This document shows positions 1-13,700 of a stretch of DNA of 64,000 nucleotides, in pieces. The number at the start of each line of letters is the position of its first letter. The first letter of the stretch is position 1. Under the pieces are notes generated by a model, which saw nothing but the letters and a program-made list of their open reading frames with translations, ran no database searches and was not told where the DNA came from. The position numbers and the translations under genes were made by a program. The stretch covers positions 1,736,001-1,800,000 of the forward strand of contig NC_081332.1 of assembly GCF_022539665.2 (NCBI RefSeq). The letters are read 5' to 3'. Source of the stretch: Daphnia carinata (taxonomy: Eukaryota).

Positions 1-808
1 CAGGGAATATTATCCAATGCTAGCGCGCCAGTACGTTCCAGCGCTGGAGTACAAATTTTATTGAAAACTGCATAACTAACGGGGAAACTGATATTTATTC
101 GGGGCCCACCGATCAAATCAGATTATAACAAGATGAGTTTCATTGAATTCCAAGCCAAAAATTTGAAGTCCAACTTTTTCGCAACACATAAATAAGCCCA
201 CAGGAAATTCCCAGGTGGAAATTCCCCGTGATTGTTACTAACCTCAAAAAGAAGCTGGCAAGAAAACAAAGATGGAAAGTTTTCAAACGAGTTGCAGATC
301 CTCTTAAAATAATCGTGACATACTCTGGCTTGAGGCCAAGCCTAGCTCTATCGGGACGGACATATAAGGCATTGGCTTGTGAAGTGAAATCAAATGTGGG
401 ATGCGGGGAATTCCGAAACCTCCTCCTCAACGTGTACACACGGTTGATTTTACTTGTATTTTAACCTACGAACATTAACTTCCTCGTAATGCACATGAAT
501 AGACCATTGATTCTGGTATAGTATCACAAAAATAAAACATTATAAAACTGAAATGAGGACGTATCTGATTAAATCATGAAATAATGCAGAGAGTTTGAAT
601 TAAGGAACAAACGATTGAATTATTTAATCTAAAATGCTGTTAGTAATTAAGTCACCTTAACTAGTCCTTTCTATCGGTGTTAATGCAAATATTTATTCAA
701 AATTCAGATAGATCTCAGTGCATTCTAACGATACATTCAAGCCAATGTTAAACTATTCTTTATACCCAAAATCATTGAGTTTCAAAAATTCATTTTCTAT
801 TAGGAGTT

Positions 809-2677
809 TCATTGCAGCTCTTCGGCAGCACGGCTTCGCATCAGACTAATCTGCACTTGATCATTAAACTGATCCATCTTGTGGCCGTACTCCCGCATTT
901 GCCTGCGGAACATTTCCATGTTTTCTATATTGACCAGGCAATCGGCCAACTCACGCTTCATATCCTCCAGAGAATGTTCCAGCAGCTGGCGGCTCTGAAA
1001 CACTTCGGGAGCGGACTTGCGACCGCGGCCGTTCATGCCTCCCAACATGGTGAAAAATTTGTAATAATTCTCCTGACTCATATCCCAAAATCGTTCGTCG
1101 AACGAGAAATCTTCGTCTTCCGGCTGCGTGTTATCCGCGTAGAGGACGGAGCTGTTGAATTTGCTGTACGTGATGCCGGCCGATGGAGACGTCACTGGAA
1201 AATTGGCAGCAGCGCAAGCATCGACGACTGCCGGTTGCGAATTATCAGCGAAGGTCACCAACAGCCGGATGTTCTCCTTAATGTCCTTGCCAAATATCGA
1301 GAACATCGAATCGATAGCGTATCGTTGAGTGGCTGTTAATCGACTGTCTCCGGAAGCGGCCACGAAACAAGCCGCGTGAATTTGATCGATTCGCGTCTTG
1401 TGTTGCGTCAGGAAATGCTGGATGTTGCGCGTGATTTGCTTATCCCGCTTAACACCTTTCGTGTCGCCGTATCCGGGTGTGTCGATGATCGTGATCGAAA
1501 AGGGAACAGTCATGCCGTCTTGATGACGCAACGTGTACGCCGTGACGGTGTTGGTTCGTGCGTGATTCGTTATGATCGACATGTCATCGCGGACGCATTT
1601 GAAGCGGAACGGATCCTTCCAGCGGACGCCCAAGATGTAGTTGACCATGCCGTTAATGAGGGTGCTCTTTCCGCATCCGGTAGCACCCATCAAAATGATG
1701 ACTTTGTGATCACGATGATCTTCCGACGGGGAAACGACATCCGTACGGCCGATATTAAACCAGCGGAAGTCGTCGTTGGATACGATCTCTTTAGCGGATA
1801 ACAGGTAGACGTTGGGTGCGCCTTTTTGATTGGCGCAAAGGCTCGATTTCTGAGCTAAGATCTCAGCGAGACGTTTAGGTTTTTTATCGATGAGTTCGTC
1901 TTTGTTAGATGAGACTTCAATCGTCTGCGTGATGGTTGCGATATCGACGTAAGGAACGGTGTTTGAATCCTGATTTTAAATCGTACCGAGTTAATCGGAT
2001 GAAGCATTATTTAAATTGTGCATGTTCATTTTACCTCGTTTTTGCGTTGATTGCTACACACGGCCTTGGAAGTCAAAGCGGTTAGCGTTGTGACGCATAC
2101 GAAAGCCAGAACGCTGACAGCCATCAACGCCCATTGAAGGACCAATAAAATAGTCGGATGACCTATTAACGAAACAAGATTTTAAGAATAAATTTTTATA
2201 ATGATTAATGAGATGTATAGTACATCTGCGCTGGCTCTGGTTGCAGAACGTAAAGTACTCCACCAATGCGGGGAATCCGGATAACACGGCTGCAACCATG
2301 GATGCAGCAATCGAAAGAACTGATACAACCAAGGTGGCTATCAAGCTAAACGTTGTTGAAAACAAATTTTATTTAATTAATTTTATTTCATTCGTTTTTA
2401 ATGGAGAATATTTTTTACAGCGATCTAGTACGTTGACGGGCGGCTGTAATGCCTAGGCTTCCGGCGAGGATGTACAGCACTCCGGCCCAGATGCCGTGAC
2501 ATATTGCATCGTAAAAAACGAAAGACCGCCTAATCAAAGAGGCACCCTACATTTTAAAAAATGAATTAAACATTGAAATGGTAAAAAGTAGAAGGAAATA
2601 TTCACTTGAATGACGATAGAGAATATTCCTAGGATGATACAAATAGCGGAGACAGTCCTGATAGCAGCCGCCTTCAT
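809..2677 (-). CDS. CD20/MS4A-like four-TM domain fused to a septin/AIG1-like GTPase (~536 aa, 5 coding exons)
   Basis: Exons 2677-2606, 2546-2419, 2345-2224, 2162-2035, 1969-809, all GT-AG with consistent phases (0,2,1,0). Exons 1-4 each give a hydrophobic helix, including CD20-like 'HGIWAGVLYILAGSLGITAA'. The last exon has GATGCGKS, DTPG, TFAD and KFNS motifs. Confidence 0.8.
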
Positions 2678-3388
2678 TTTTCGGGTAATTGAATTGCCGC
2701 TGTTCACATCAGATGAACGTCACTAGTAAAAAAACAATCGAGTTAATGATTCCAATTCTTATTAAACAAATCAGCGTCAGTCATTCTGAGTACAAGACGA
2801 GAGGGACGTGTTCGCGGAAAGCTTTGAATTGTGCTCAAGGTTATCAGCTGTAATTTCAATTGCTTTTGTGAAAAACTGGTTTTGAGAACAGAAAACCCTT
2901 TTTTGAAATCGGTCAACAGTATAAGAACAGTTTGAAAAACATAAAAAGAACTGTGTGACCTTGTTTCTGTCATCGTTGTACTCCCTTTTTTTTCAAAACG
3001 GTTTCACTTTCTATTACGTGTCCGCGTTTGTCTTTCACGTCCTTCTAATCGATCCCCTTTCTTTGATATAAGAACACTTTCCAAAATTATTCATCAAACA
3101 AATTGTGCAGTTTCATGGGGGAGAGTATTTCGGATGGAAAACACCCAACAGATTTCCAATCAACTCAAAATTAAGATGACCCAATTTCGATCAACCTGCT
3201 CCTCCCAACACGAAAGACGCTCGTCATCCAACGATGAATAAAGTTTAAATAGCTTCAAGTTTTTGTTCACGATACTTAAGATACAGTTAACCTGTTTGCT
3301 TGGTGACAGGTGCGAAACTCACGAACGACGGGAAAATCCATTAGAGCAACTTTCACGCTGAGCGATTCACGAACTGAGATTAGATTTG

Positions 3389-3512
3389 ACTTACCAATGA
3401 TTTTCACTGATTGTTAAGTGGCCAACTGCGTGTACAAATGCGCACAGAACATAACTAAAGGACTTTCGATTTTCAACTGAAAAAGACTGACACGTCTGGA
3501 CTTGTATTTATA
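3389..3512 (-). promoter_or_regulatory. Putative TATA-Inr core promoter and non-coding leader exon of the CD20-GTPase gene
   Basis: Minus strand TATAAATAC (3512-3504), TCAGTT Inr (3480-3475), donor G|GTAAGT at 3394; candidate acceptor TTTTTTACTAG at 2723 just upstream of ATG 2677. Confidence 0.55.
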
Positions 3513-5752
3513 GGGCGGGATTCAGGAAACGTTTTGGTATAATGGCACAACCTCCCCCTTCGTAGTGAAAGATCTAATGGACAAATGGGCACGTGAAAGG
3601 TAGACCCAACCTTGTTCAGCATCAATACGTATCTGAAAATAAAATAAAAAATGAAAAGAAACGTGTCAAAGTGAATGTGAATGCTGGTTACTTTTCTCTG
3701 GAAAAACAAAACGATAGAGAACCCAAAGTTTTCGCCTTGGACTGCACGAGTTGTGCAATAACCTAAAGTAAAGGTCCCTGGGTTCTCAATGTAAAGCATA
3801 TTTCACCTTAATTGACCATTTTTTAAAAATACATCATCATCCCAATTATTGGCACTACCATTTAAAGCAGCAAATCAGGGCCCTGCTTACGAAAGCCAGA
3901 ACATTTACGTACCGACAGGTGTGGCACTCAGGTGTCCCTTTGTTTTCCATCGTCGTGTATTGCTGCAATGTGCGCAAAAAAAATTGGGGTGTTAAGAAAA
4001 GAGACAAAAGAAACGTTTTTATTTGAACGTGAATATTGCGATGATAATCATCAAATACTGACTGCAGGCACGGAGCGCAGGTATGTCGACTTGATTGCTG
4101 TCATACTCGAATGCAAAAAAAAACAGTACGTAATGACATTGAATTTCAAGCAAATGAGGGGAATGAAATGGAACCTTGAATTGCAGGCTCTTACCTTAGG
4201 CAAGACAAGTTTTTTTCAGTGAACATTCGTTAGAACTTAAATGAGTAAAACCCAGGTGTATCGGAACGATGTGGACCCCAACTGTTGAACTGTTGGGATT
4301 TGGGCTACAGGCTTTTCGTGGAATGTTCTAATCTCAGAACGAATGTCTTAAAAAGGCAACGATCAGTTCATTACTTGTTCTAAGCTGAAACTGGATGAAA
4401 ACCAGGGACTTGTGTACAACTTAAATTTACGTAAGGTTGACTTCAAACAAATTGAAAATGGCTACAAGCGTGTAAACGTGATTTTAGAAAAGGACAGCCT
4501 AATAACGGTGTTCTACAAGGCTATTTGACATACACCTGTCACCTTTCGAACAATCTGTTTTGAATATTTTGCGATGTTTGGTCTCTTTTTATTGCTCCAG
4601 CAAAGTTGAATAGCTGTGATGGCCAGTACGACGCTATAACGGCATTAAATTTTCTTTATTAATGTTCTATAAAGAAAATTGTTTGTATATTCATTTTGGC
4701 CTGCATTTTGATGTCGTATGCGCGGTCTTGTTTTAGCTGTGATAAGAACACAATTATAATTCTGCTAAATTGCATGTAGACAACCTTGAGTCAAGACCTC
4801 CGTTTTGTTCGAGTCTTGTGCTACATTTGATAGTATTTGATGAATGACGAAGCATTCAATAAAATCGATTTTAGAAAAGAATGGTGTGTGACGCAAACAA
4901 AAAATATTTTGGAAAATCATGAAGAGAAATCCTCCACATAAATTTGCATTTTGATTAAACCGCTTAAGATACTTCCTTTTAATTCCTCTATGTAAAATGT
5001 CGCTTTAAGGATTCTTAGACCTATGGCGTTCCAGGCGCTAAAAAATAATTTAACAATCGATACTCCAAAAAAAATCAAATGCGTGATTCTTAGTTTCATA
5101 TGGAGTACATCAGAGCAATATATATATGTTGCACTGTATTCATATTTTTTTTTTTTTACTAATATTTGCTTTTGTTGTAACACGTGTGTCCTCGAATGTC
5201 ATTGGGTTAGGCGATATCGTGGATATCGTCAAGAGTTTCTGCAACAAAAATCAGGGAAATCGGCAAGGTCAATAAGGCCACGCCCTTATCTCTCCAGCGT
5301 TTGAGCTTTTGGTCATTGTGACACAAGAAATTCAAAAAAAAAAAAAAATGTCCGGGAATACCATTGGAACAGCTGAACGCAACTAGAATTGTTCTTTGCA
5401 CGGACATTATCTTTTGCGTAATAGAGCCTAGTGGGCAGGACATATGCAAAGCAGGAGGGTTTTTCCTTTTCAAGAGTGTTATCGAAATTGTTCTTTTTTT
5501 AGCTGAACAATTAATTGTGAGGCAAACAGCTTTGGTGAACCGAGTAATTAACCATCGAAACATGACGTATCGGAATTATTTTTTTCCAGACATGCTTGCA
5601 AACACAACACATAACAAAAACAAACAACACTAAAATAGATGCACTACAAAAAAAATCCATAATACATTTTGGAGAAAAAAAAATTCACGGAACACTTCTG
5701 AAATTGTCTGTTATGAAACAGGACGGATCTCGCGTAATATATTTTACTAAAG

Positions 5753-8700
5753 CTACATCCATTTGGGTTTGAATTTTGAAACAGCAGAAGTAAGGGGATC
5801 CCACATTGATTTCTTCTGGGTTATCTTATTTCCACCACGTTGTTCGCTTTCATCGCGTGACGAGTCGGTGTCTTTGTCATCTGCCAACTGATTGTGGGGC
5901 AAAATCACTTTTGTTTCATCGCTCTCATCAGTATTTTCTTGCACTAACGACGGCGGGCCTGCAGCCGAGTCACTTGATCCATCTGGATTGTGACAATATC
6001 CGTCTTTCGTGGAACTTGGCTTCTTGGACGTTTTCACTGAATTTTGGTAATAATCTTCAGGGCTGCCTGGCGGATGTTTCCGTGTGATATCGGTACCGTA
6101 AATGACGATGGCAGCAGTGTCTGTTTGGCTTGTTTCATAGCCTCTTCCGCGAGATGGACTATACGTTTGGGTGTTGGAGGATGCATTCGGCACAGTTCCA
6201 GGGTGATGGGTTCCACTCGTATACGACCGAGTGTGATAGCTGATCTCACGTCTTGAGTTAGTTGACGCAGTTACCTGTCCACCTGATTGCATGGTGTTAA
6301 AAGCTGGACTGGATCGTGAAGGCGTTTCATCCTGGCCATTTCTTCCAGGATGGATTGATTTGGATTTCAACGTGCCACCCATGTCAGTTGTCGACGTCAG
6401 ACTTTTTTGTAGGTCCGTTAATGTTTGTAATCGAATTTCGTAGCTGGGTGCTTGTTCTTCCAAGATGCGACTACTCATCAAACTGAGGTACTCGGCTGGA
6501 TTGAGGGATTTTGAACGAAGAGCTGTAGAATCCAATGAACTGGCATTGGCACCTAAGTGTTCCAATAAACTTAACACTTTGACTTTAGCCATTTCCAGAT
6601 CGTCCAAACAATTTGCCATCAAGTCTTCGGTCGCTGATTTTTGATTAGAGTTCAGTTCAAATTTAGTCTTCTTATCATTTCGAGTCGTTTTTACTTTTGC
6701 CGGACGCAAAATCCAAGAAAACGGCTGAAATTGGTGGTCTGATTCGAAACATCGGCAAGACACGTCCTTACAAGCTCTCTTATACAAATTCCTGCGAACG
6801 GCAGGCATTTCACAAGTTTTCTTGCAACTTATGCAATTATAAGCCATGAGTCCACGGTCACAGTCGACCTTCACGGCAAACATTTCTTCACTTTCCGTGA
6901 CAAAATTCTGGTTAGTCTCCATGTTGTGACCGTATGTCATCAATTGCTGGCGATGCATTTCTATTTCTTCAATTTTAACAAGAAAGCTTTCCAGCTCATG
7001 TTCAATGTCCTTAAGCGATTGGCCGAGTTGTTGACGACGCTGGATCACTTCTCGAGTGGACGTAAGGTTTTGGCCGCCCATTGCAGCCAGCATCGTGAAA
7101 AACTTGCCAAAATTTTCTTGACCCATATCCCAGAACAGTTCGTCAAAACTAAATTCATTTTCTTGTATTACATTGGAACAATAAAGAACGGCGCTGTTGA
7201 ATTTGCTGTAAGTGATTTCGTTCGATGCCAACGTCGATGGGAAATTAGCCAATTTACAGGCTTCTACGACGGGAGGATCAGCATTATCAGCAAATGTCAC
7301 CAACAAGCGAAGGTTCTCCTTCATGTCTTTGCCAAAGATGGACAGCACAGATTCGATGATGTAACGTTGAGTGTACGTCAGACGACTCTCGCCCGAAGGG
7401 GCCACGAAACAAGCAGCGTGAATTTCGTCTATTGGAATTTCTTGTTGAGTCAAGAAACGGTGGATTTTGGCCGTGATTTCCTTGTCCCTTTCGATTCCTC
7501 GAGTGTCTCCATAGCCAGGAGTGTCGATGATGGTGATGGAATAAGGAACGGCCATTCCTTCTTGGTGGTGGATGGTGTAGGCCGTCACAGAACTCGTCTG
7601 ACTGTGCGCTTGATTCCGGCCGTTCCCTTCGTTACGGACGCATTTGAAACGAAACGGATCATTCCATTCGACTCCCAAGATGTAGTTGATCATACCATTG
7701 ATCAGGGTACTCTTTCCGGATCCAGTGGCACCCATTAAAATGATGATTTTGTGATTCTTTGGATCGGGCGATTGCAAAGTGTGGCCAGGCCGGCCGATGT
7801 CGAACCATTTGATGTCGACGCTATCTGATTTTTCCGACGCATTCAGCATGTAAACATCTGGCGATCCTTTTCTTATTAGTTCGCTGTACTGAGCGTTTTG
7901 ATCTACAAACATGTCAGCAATCCTTCGACCTTCACTAATGTCCGTCGTTTCATGTACTGGCCGTTTGCTATTTTGATCACCGTTAGACTCTTGTATTTCA
8001 TCGTCACGTTTATCGTTTGTGTTGTGTATGACGGCATCGTTTTCGTGATCGTGTTGACTCGACGTCTTCTTCTTATCAAGTAACGCTGCTGCGACAAGAT
8101 TGGCATCATCCTTTGATTCTCCGGAAGTGGAACTGCGTTCTAGATTTGTGCTGTTGCTCCCGTTCTTGGCCAGTTTGTCGGCCACTGTCGGCTTCGCGAA
8201 GGATTTCTTATCGTTTAAGGACAATTCTTCGAATTTAATAGCAAGTGAATTTTCCGGACTGGTCGCTGTTGGATCTATGGTATCGATGTTTGTTGTGGTT
8301 GTAAGCATCTGTCCTTGTGATGGTTTTGTTCGCGCTTTCTTGGGGAACTGCGTCTCGCTTTCGTCTTCTGCGGTACCTGAATCAGATGAGGACTCAGATG
8401 GCGTGACATAATCATCATCCTGTGATGATTCATGTTGTTTGACACTTTCGGGAGGGGACCCTTCGTTTTCCACATGGTCTTGTTGATTTGGATTGGATTC
8501 GATTGTTATTTTACAAGTAGGTATTCTAGAAGGTACATTATCAAATATGTGTATAGTGCCGTCGTCTATTTCCGAAGGAACAAGTAGTAGTAGTATGTAG
8601 TAGCTCGTGTCTCCGTGTAAATTGCTTGAATGAACCTCTTTTTCGAATGGCCCAAATTTGCTTCTAACCGACTGGGATCCTTTTTGAAATGAGAAAATTG

Positions 8701-10097
8701 GCACGACGGGAAGCTCAGCAGGCCAGGTATGATCTCCGATTTCTTGCCGCATGTAATTCATTACAGGGTCTTCTTTGTATTCGACGTTCAGGACGAATAC
8801 TTTGAAAAATTTTGTGTCTTTTTTCTTCATTTGATTTTTTATCCCATGCAAAGTTATTGTAGCCAATTCAGTGCCGCTTGTCAGCCGTGAAAACTCTTCT
8901 ATTTCATGTCGCCGATTAGCCAACCATTCCATGACATCATTCAGAAACTTTGAGATGGATCTCATTTGTTTTAAAGCGCCTTCCGTATGACGTTTCCCGT
9001 ACTCTTCTTTCTCGATTTTCTTGTCGATTTTCTCACGAAAATCTGCTTGGACTTGCTGGAAATCAGACATCACTGTTCCAAGTAAAGGAAAACGATTGAT
9101 ACACGGATGTTTGGATATGCTTAGACTTTTTTCTTCGATAGAGGCCCATGTTGATTTATGCTTCGCCATCTCGGATTCAAAATCTTTCTTCCGATCCAAC
9201 TCAATTCGAGTTTCAAATTGTTCGGGAATACGAAAGAGAAACAAATGAATAGGTTTCCAGTTTTTCGGATGATCGCCCCCAACAGAACTGCGAATCTCTT
9301 GCAGATATTGATTGAATTCTTCGAAAGGCATTTTAACAGGTTTACCGGCATCTAAGCTGCTGAATATCGTACAAGAAACGTTACTTAATTCGACAGGTAT
9401 ACCCTCACTAGTAGATTGATTAATTATTTGATCAAAATAGTTTTTGGCCGACAAATAGAGATTTCGTTGGACGCGCTCTTTTGTTTCTCCCTCTAAGGAT
9501 CTGTGAAAAGAACAGATCACTTCAGCTCCATAGACAACTCCTCCAACCAAATGTGTCGCTAGACCGCCACTCTTCAGTTTACAGTCATGCATTTGGGACT
9601 CCATGGCGTCACATTTCAGAGTTTCGGTTCGTCGTTCCACACGAAAAAATGCGGTGACTTGTGCCTCGTCATTGTTGCCATCCTCCGGGCTGATATTGAG
9701 GTAATGGACGAACCACGGTTCGCTGGAACCCTCACGTCTTTTCTCATCGATATATCTCTGGTCATGCGAGTTGATACCCAGTATTTGATTTTTTAATTCA
9801 AAAGGCTGCTGACAGAAGAAAGAGGACGTCGTTTGCTTTTCGTATGAAATTTCAATGCGTTGCTCTGGTATTGCTATCTTACCTTGCGTACAAAAAAAAA
9901 TGATTAAATGATTCGATAAGAATGGTCGTGAAGCAGAAATATGATTTAGTTAAGCACATAGCAGTAAATACAAAATATGTTTCACTTTATGAAAATGAAG
10001 AATTACTTGAAAAAATAGCGCCCGTGTAGTAGTTGTAGAAATCCCCAACCCAAACATTGCGACCCAGAGGCGACAGTTGGAGACAGCGTTCAGCCAT
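5753..10097 (-). CDS. Type A1: stonustoxin/verrucotoxin-like N-terminus, disordered linker, septin/AIG1-like GTPase, Cys-rich segment, coiled coil (~1406 aa)
   Basis: Exon 1 10097-10007 (MAERCLQLSPLGRNVWVGDFYNYYTG), phase-1 intron, exon 2 9882-5753 in frame with the 1295-aa ORF. SNTX-like motifs 'ATHLVGGVVYGAEVICSF' and 'WKPIHLFL'; GATGSGKS, SQT, DTPG, TFAD; 'NCISCKKTC...C...CRC...H'. Confidence 0.85.
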
Positions 10098-10741
10098 TGT
10101 AAAATTATCGACTGCCTTAAACAGCTGGTTGCCCGCTTGAAAATAAAACGCCAACTGGACAAAAAAAAAGTCACGTAAACGAAGCGAACGTTATTGCCAT
10201 CAGTAAGTGCCCTACCCTCTCATGAAGACGCAAACATAATTCTAATCAAAAGCAAACAAAGGAAAGTAGAACTGCGTCAAAAGCTCCTTTATCGGGAATA
10301 CGTTTACCTGCACTGGCCGTTGTTTACATGAACTGCCCTTCTGTGATGTCGCAATTATCCACTGCAGGTTGAGCTCACGCTATTCTCACGAAATTCAACA
10401 GAAAAAAATGCTTTGATAATCCACAGCTGACACCGAACGAACTGAACGCAGGGAAACAAATAAGTCCGTAGTTTAAGAGCACGATAAGTTCGCTTATCAA
10501 GCTATTCAAATAAAATTCTAAAAGGACTTGGTGATATCATCGCAACGTGTATCTTTGCCGTCACAACCTTTAGCCGACATAGTCAAACCATTTGCCACGA
10601 TCAGTTCCGAGAAAACGTTTGACTAAATTAGGTCTTTCTTCACCTTAAAAACAAAGTGTACGCGTTTTAGTTCTTGCCTGTTGGACGTGGAGGGACGTGA
10701 ACGTGCAACTAAACCGATAAAACGAAGCAACGGTATTTAAC

Positions 10742-13700
10742 ATGTCCCAAGATTTAGATGTTATCAAAATATTCGCATTAGGCCGTCCTTTTGCCGTAGG
10801 AACGCTTTACAATTACATTGAAGATACAATCATACCAAGTAAGAAAATACATTTGTATTCAATAATACGCACTAACATGTTCGGTCCATTCAGATCTTCG
10901 AATATGGGATCCAAACATCGTGTCCCGTTCAGAAGTTGTCGATGGAACTATGAAATCGACTGCCAAAGTTAACTTAAAAGTACCCGAGCAAACAGACAAT
11001 GAAGATGGCAATGTTGATGAAGAAGGACAGACGACGTTGCTCACCGAGTTGGGTATGGACGATCACACGGCCATGAGTGTGACAGCCGGACTGTTGCGTC
11101 CATCTCTCAAAGGAGCTTGGCAATATGCGGCCGACTGGATCGAACAAACAGAAGAATTATTAAATCACGAAGTTCAAGTGGCAGTTCATTGCCGTTCTAC
11201 CATCAAGAAAGCCTCTGTCACTCCGAATTTGGAAATCATTTGTTTTCCTCGGAAATTAATCGACAGTCAGGCAACTCATGTCGTTATAGCCATCACGTAC
11301 GGCCGAGAAGCGTTTTGCATATTTCCACAGGAACAAGCCGAAAGTCAGAGAAACAAGCAAAATGGCTACGAAACGATCATGGAAACGACGAGGAATTACG
11401 CTCATTTCTTTCAAAACCGGCTAATGAACGATTACGAATCATTAGAGCCGGCTGGCGATGAAGAAGGTGACACAGAAGACGGACGTAGCCGGCCTATTCC
11501 AAAGGATTACCAATGCCTTGTTTACAGCGATGTCATGGCAGTCAGAGGTGGCAAAAGCTGGACATTGAAGCCTGTCGCAGAGCAATACGAAGCCTGCAGA
11601 AAGATATTGAAAACGGCCATCGTGAAAGACGCCGGACGAAAATCTGAATCCTCTGAAAAAGCCATTCCGCTGAAAGTGTGGCTGTATCCTTTGCATAAAT
11701 TGATGTCTGATGATTTGGGAAAGATACCGACACGTTTTCTAGATGTCCCACGGAGTTTGATGTCTCGTTGCCATCTGGCGTTAGGCCGTTTCCGTCGAAT
11801 TCAATCGAAAGTAAAGATGTTAATTCAACAGCTGGACAGATTGGCTGATCTCCGATGCATCCCGTTGGGCACAAGCAATAGAATTCATGAATTTAAAGAG
11901 TTGACCATCACGTTTGTCTCCGTTTTTATCGAGGTGTTGGGAGTTTGGACGCGCAGCTTCCGCCGTGGAACAGCTCAAGAAGAACAATTGGCTGAGGTGC
12001 TAGATGCATTACAAACTCAATCGCCATTCGATACTAAGAAGCTGAATCATTGGCTCAATCATCAAGACAAAGAAATCACAACTTTAGAACGGCTGGCTCG
12101 CTTGCCCAGCGTACTGTTTACCCCCGATGTGGAACGCGTGAAAGAAGAGCTCACAACTGGGGATGACGGGTCGTTCGCTGTTGTTCTTCATTTGCCCAAT
12201 CTGATAGAACGTTTGAACGGTTTGATTGATGAGATGCGTCGTCTTATTGACGTTTTCAAGGAAACATCATTGTTTAGCTCGATGAGTTGGCCAAACGGTA
12301 GCCAAACAACGCAATTGGCTTCATTAACTCATCGTGAAATGTTTGCTGCTGGCCAAGAGTTTTCCGACTGGGTGAGGGACAACAACCGCGATACCGTTGA
12401 TGTCCGCTACATCATCTTTTACGATGAACACCTCGATGAAGGCGGTGGGCAAGCCTTGCCCTTAACGCTATTGTACCAGTGCGGCAAGGCTCCCACTCTG
12501 TTAACGAACTTCACCATCCCAAAGGCTCCTGAAGAAGTGACTGTCGTAAAGAATCGTCGTGGCGTCATTGTGTTGCGTTGGCCGGCAGGGGACCCGATTG
12601 AAGTACGCCACTATCTAGTCCAGTATCGTAAAATGGATAGCCAGAAAGATCACTGGGAGACTGTTCAGATTAATTCAAACGAAATCGAATTTCGTTACCT
12701 TCAATCAAGTGAGACTTACCTGTTCAGAGTGGCGGTACATATGCGCGGAGGGAGGAGCCAATTTAGCCCTGGCAGCTGCGAAGTGACAATAGATCCAGTT
12801 CGTCCACCTCCAACTGGATTACAAACTCACGAAGTGACCGATACGAGCATATCTTTATCATGGTATCATCAATCTTATATGGATAACGAAGATACCGATG
12901 ATCGTGGAAATAAAGACTTCAATATTAGCTCTTTCTCTGTTGAATGTTGGAAGGACGATAGTCGTCACGAAGCGACGTTAATCCAACGATCTACGACGCA
13001 AATGAGCATCGTATTGGAGCCGCTAGATCCAGACACGGATTATCACGTTCAAGTTAGGGTTGAATGCAAAGACGCCAGTGGCTCCACACTCTACAGTCCG
13101 GCATCAGAGACGTTGAAAACTAAGACACTGCGAGAAGCAGAGCGGGCAGCGCACATCGTTCGCCGTACCAGCAAAAAATCTTCTGTTCCGCATGAAATTG
13201 ACATTTACGAGTTGCCATTGGATGAAAGTAGCAACGCACAAATTCAGGGAGTCGGCCATTACGTTTTTGGTAAGCCGAGTTATCTGGCATTGGCAAGTGA
13301 ACATCGTCAGAGAACTATCTTGTTATTGGGCGCCACCGGTTCCGGCAAGACGACGCTAATCAACGCCATGGTCAATTACATTCTGGGCGTCCAATGGGAA
13401 GACGATTTCCGTTTCAAATTGATCGACGAACCAACCAACAAATCGCAGGCGCACAGTCAGACGGACTCGGTGACCACCTATGATTTTTACGAGATGAAAG
13501 GCTCTCGTTTGGGTTACTCGCTGACGGTCGTCGATACGCCGGGATTTGGCGACACCAAAGGCCTGGAGAGGGACAAGAAAATTATGCAACAAATTCAAGA
13601 GTATTTCAAATGTCAGCACGGGATTCAGCAGTTAGAGGCCGTTTGTTTCGTCGTCCAGTCTTCACTCGCCAGACTGACGCCTACCCAGCAATATATCTTT

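Noticed and set aside
812..1801. Plus-strand ORFs opposite the GTPase domains (also 6926-7738, 19311-20138, and the minus-strand ORFs inside B1/B2)
   Set aside because: Antisense shadows of the real coding frames; they recur only because the sense genes are paralogous.
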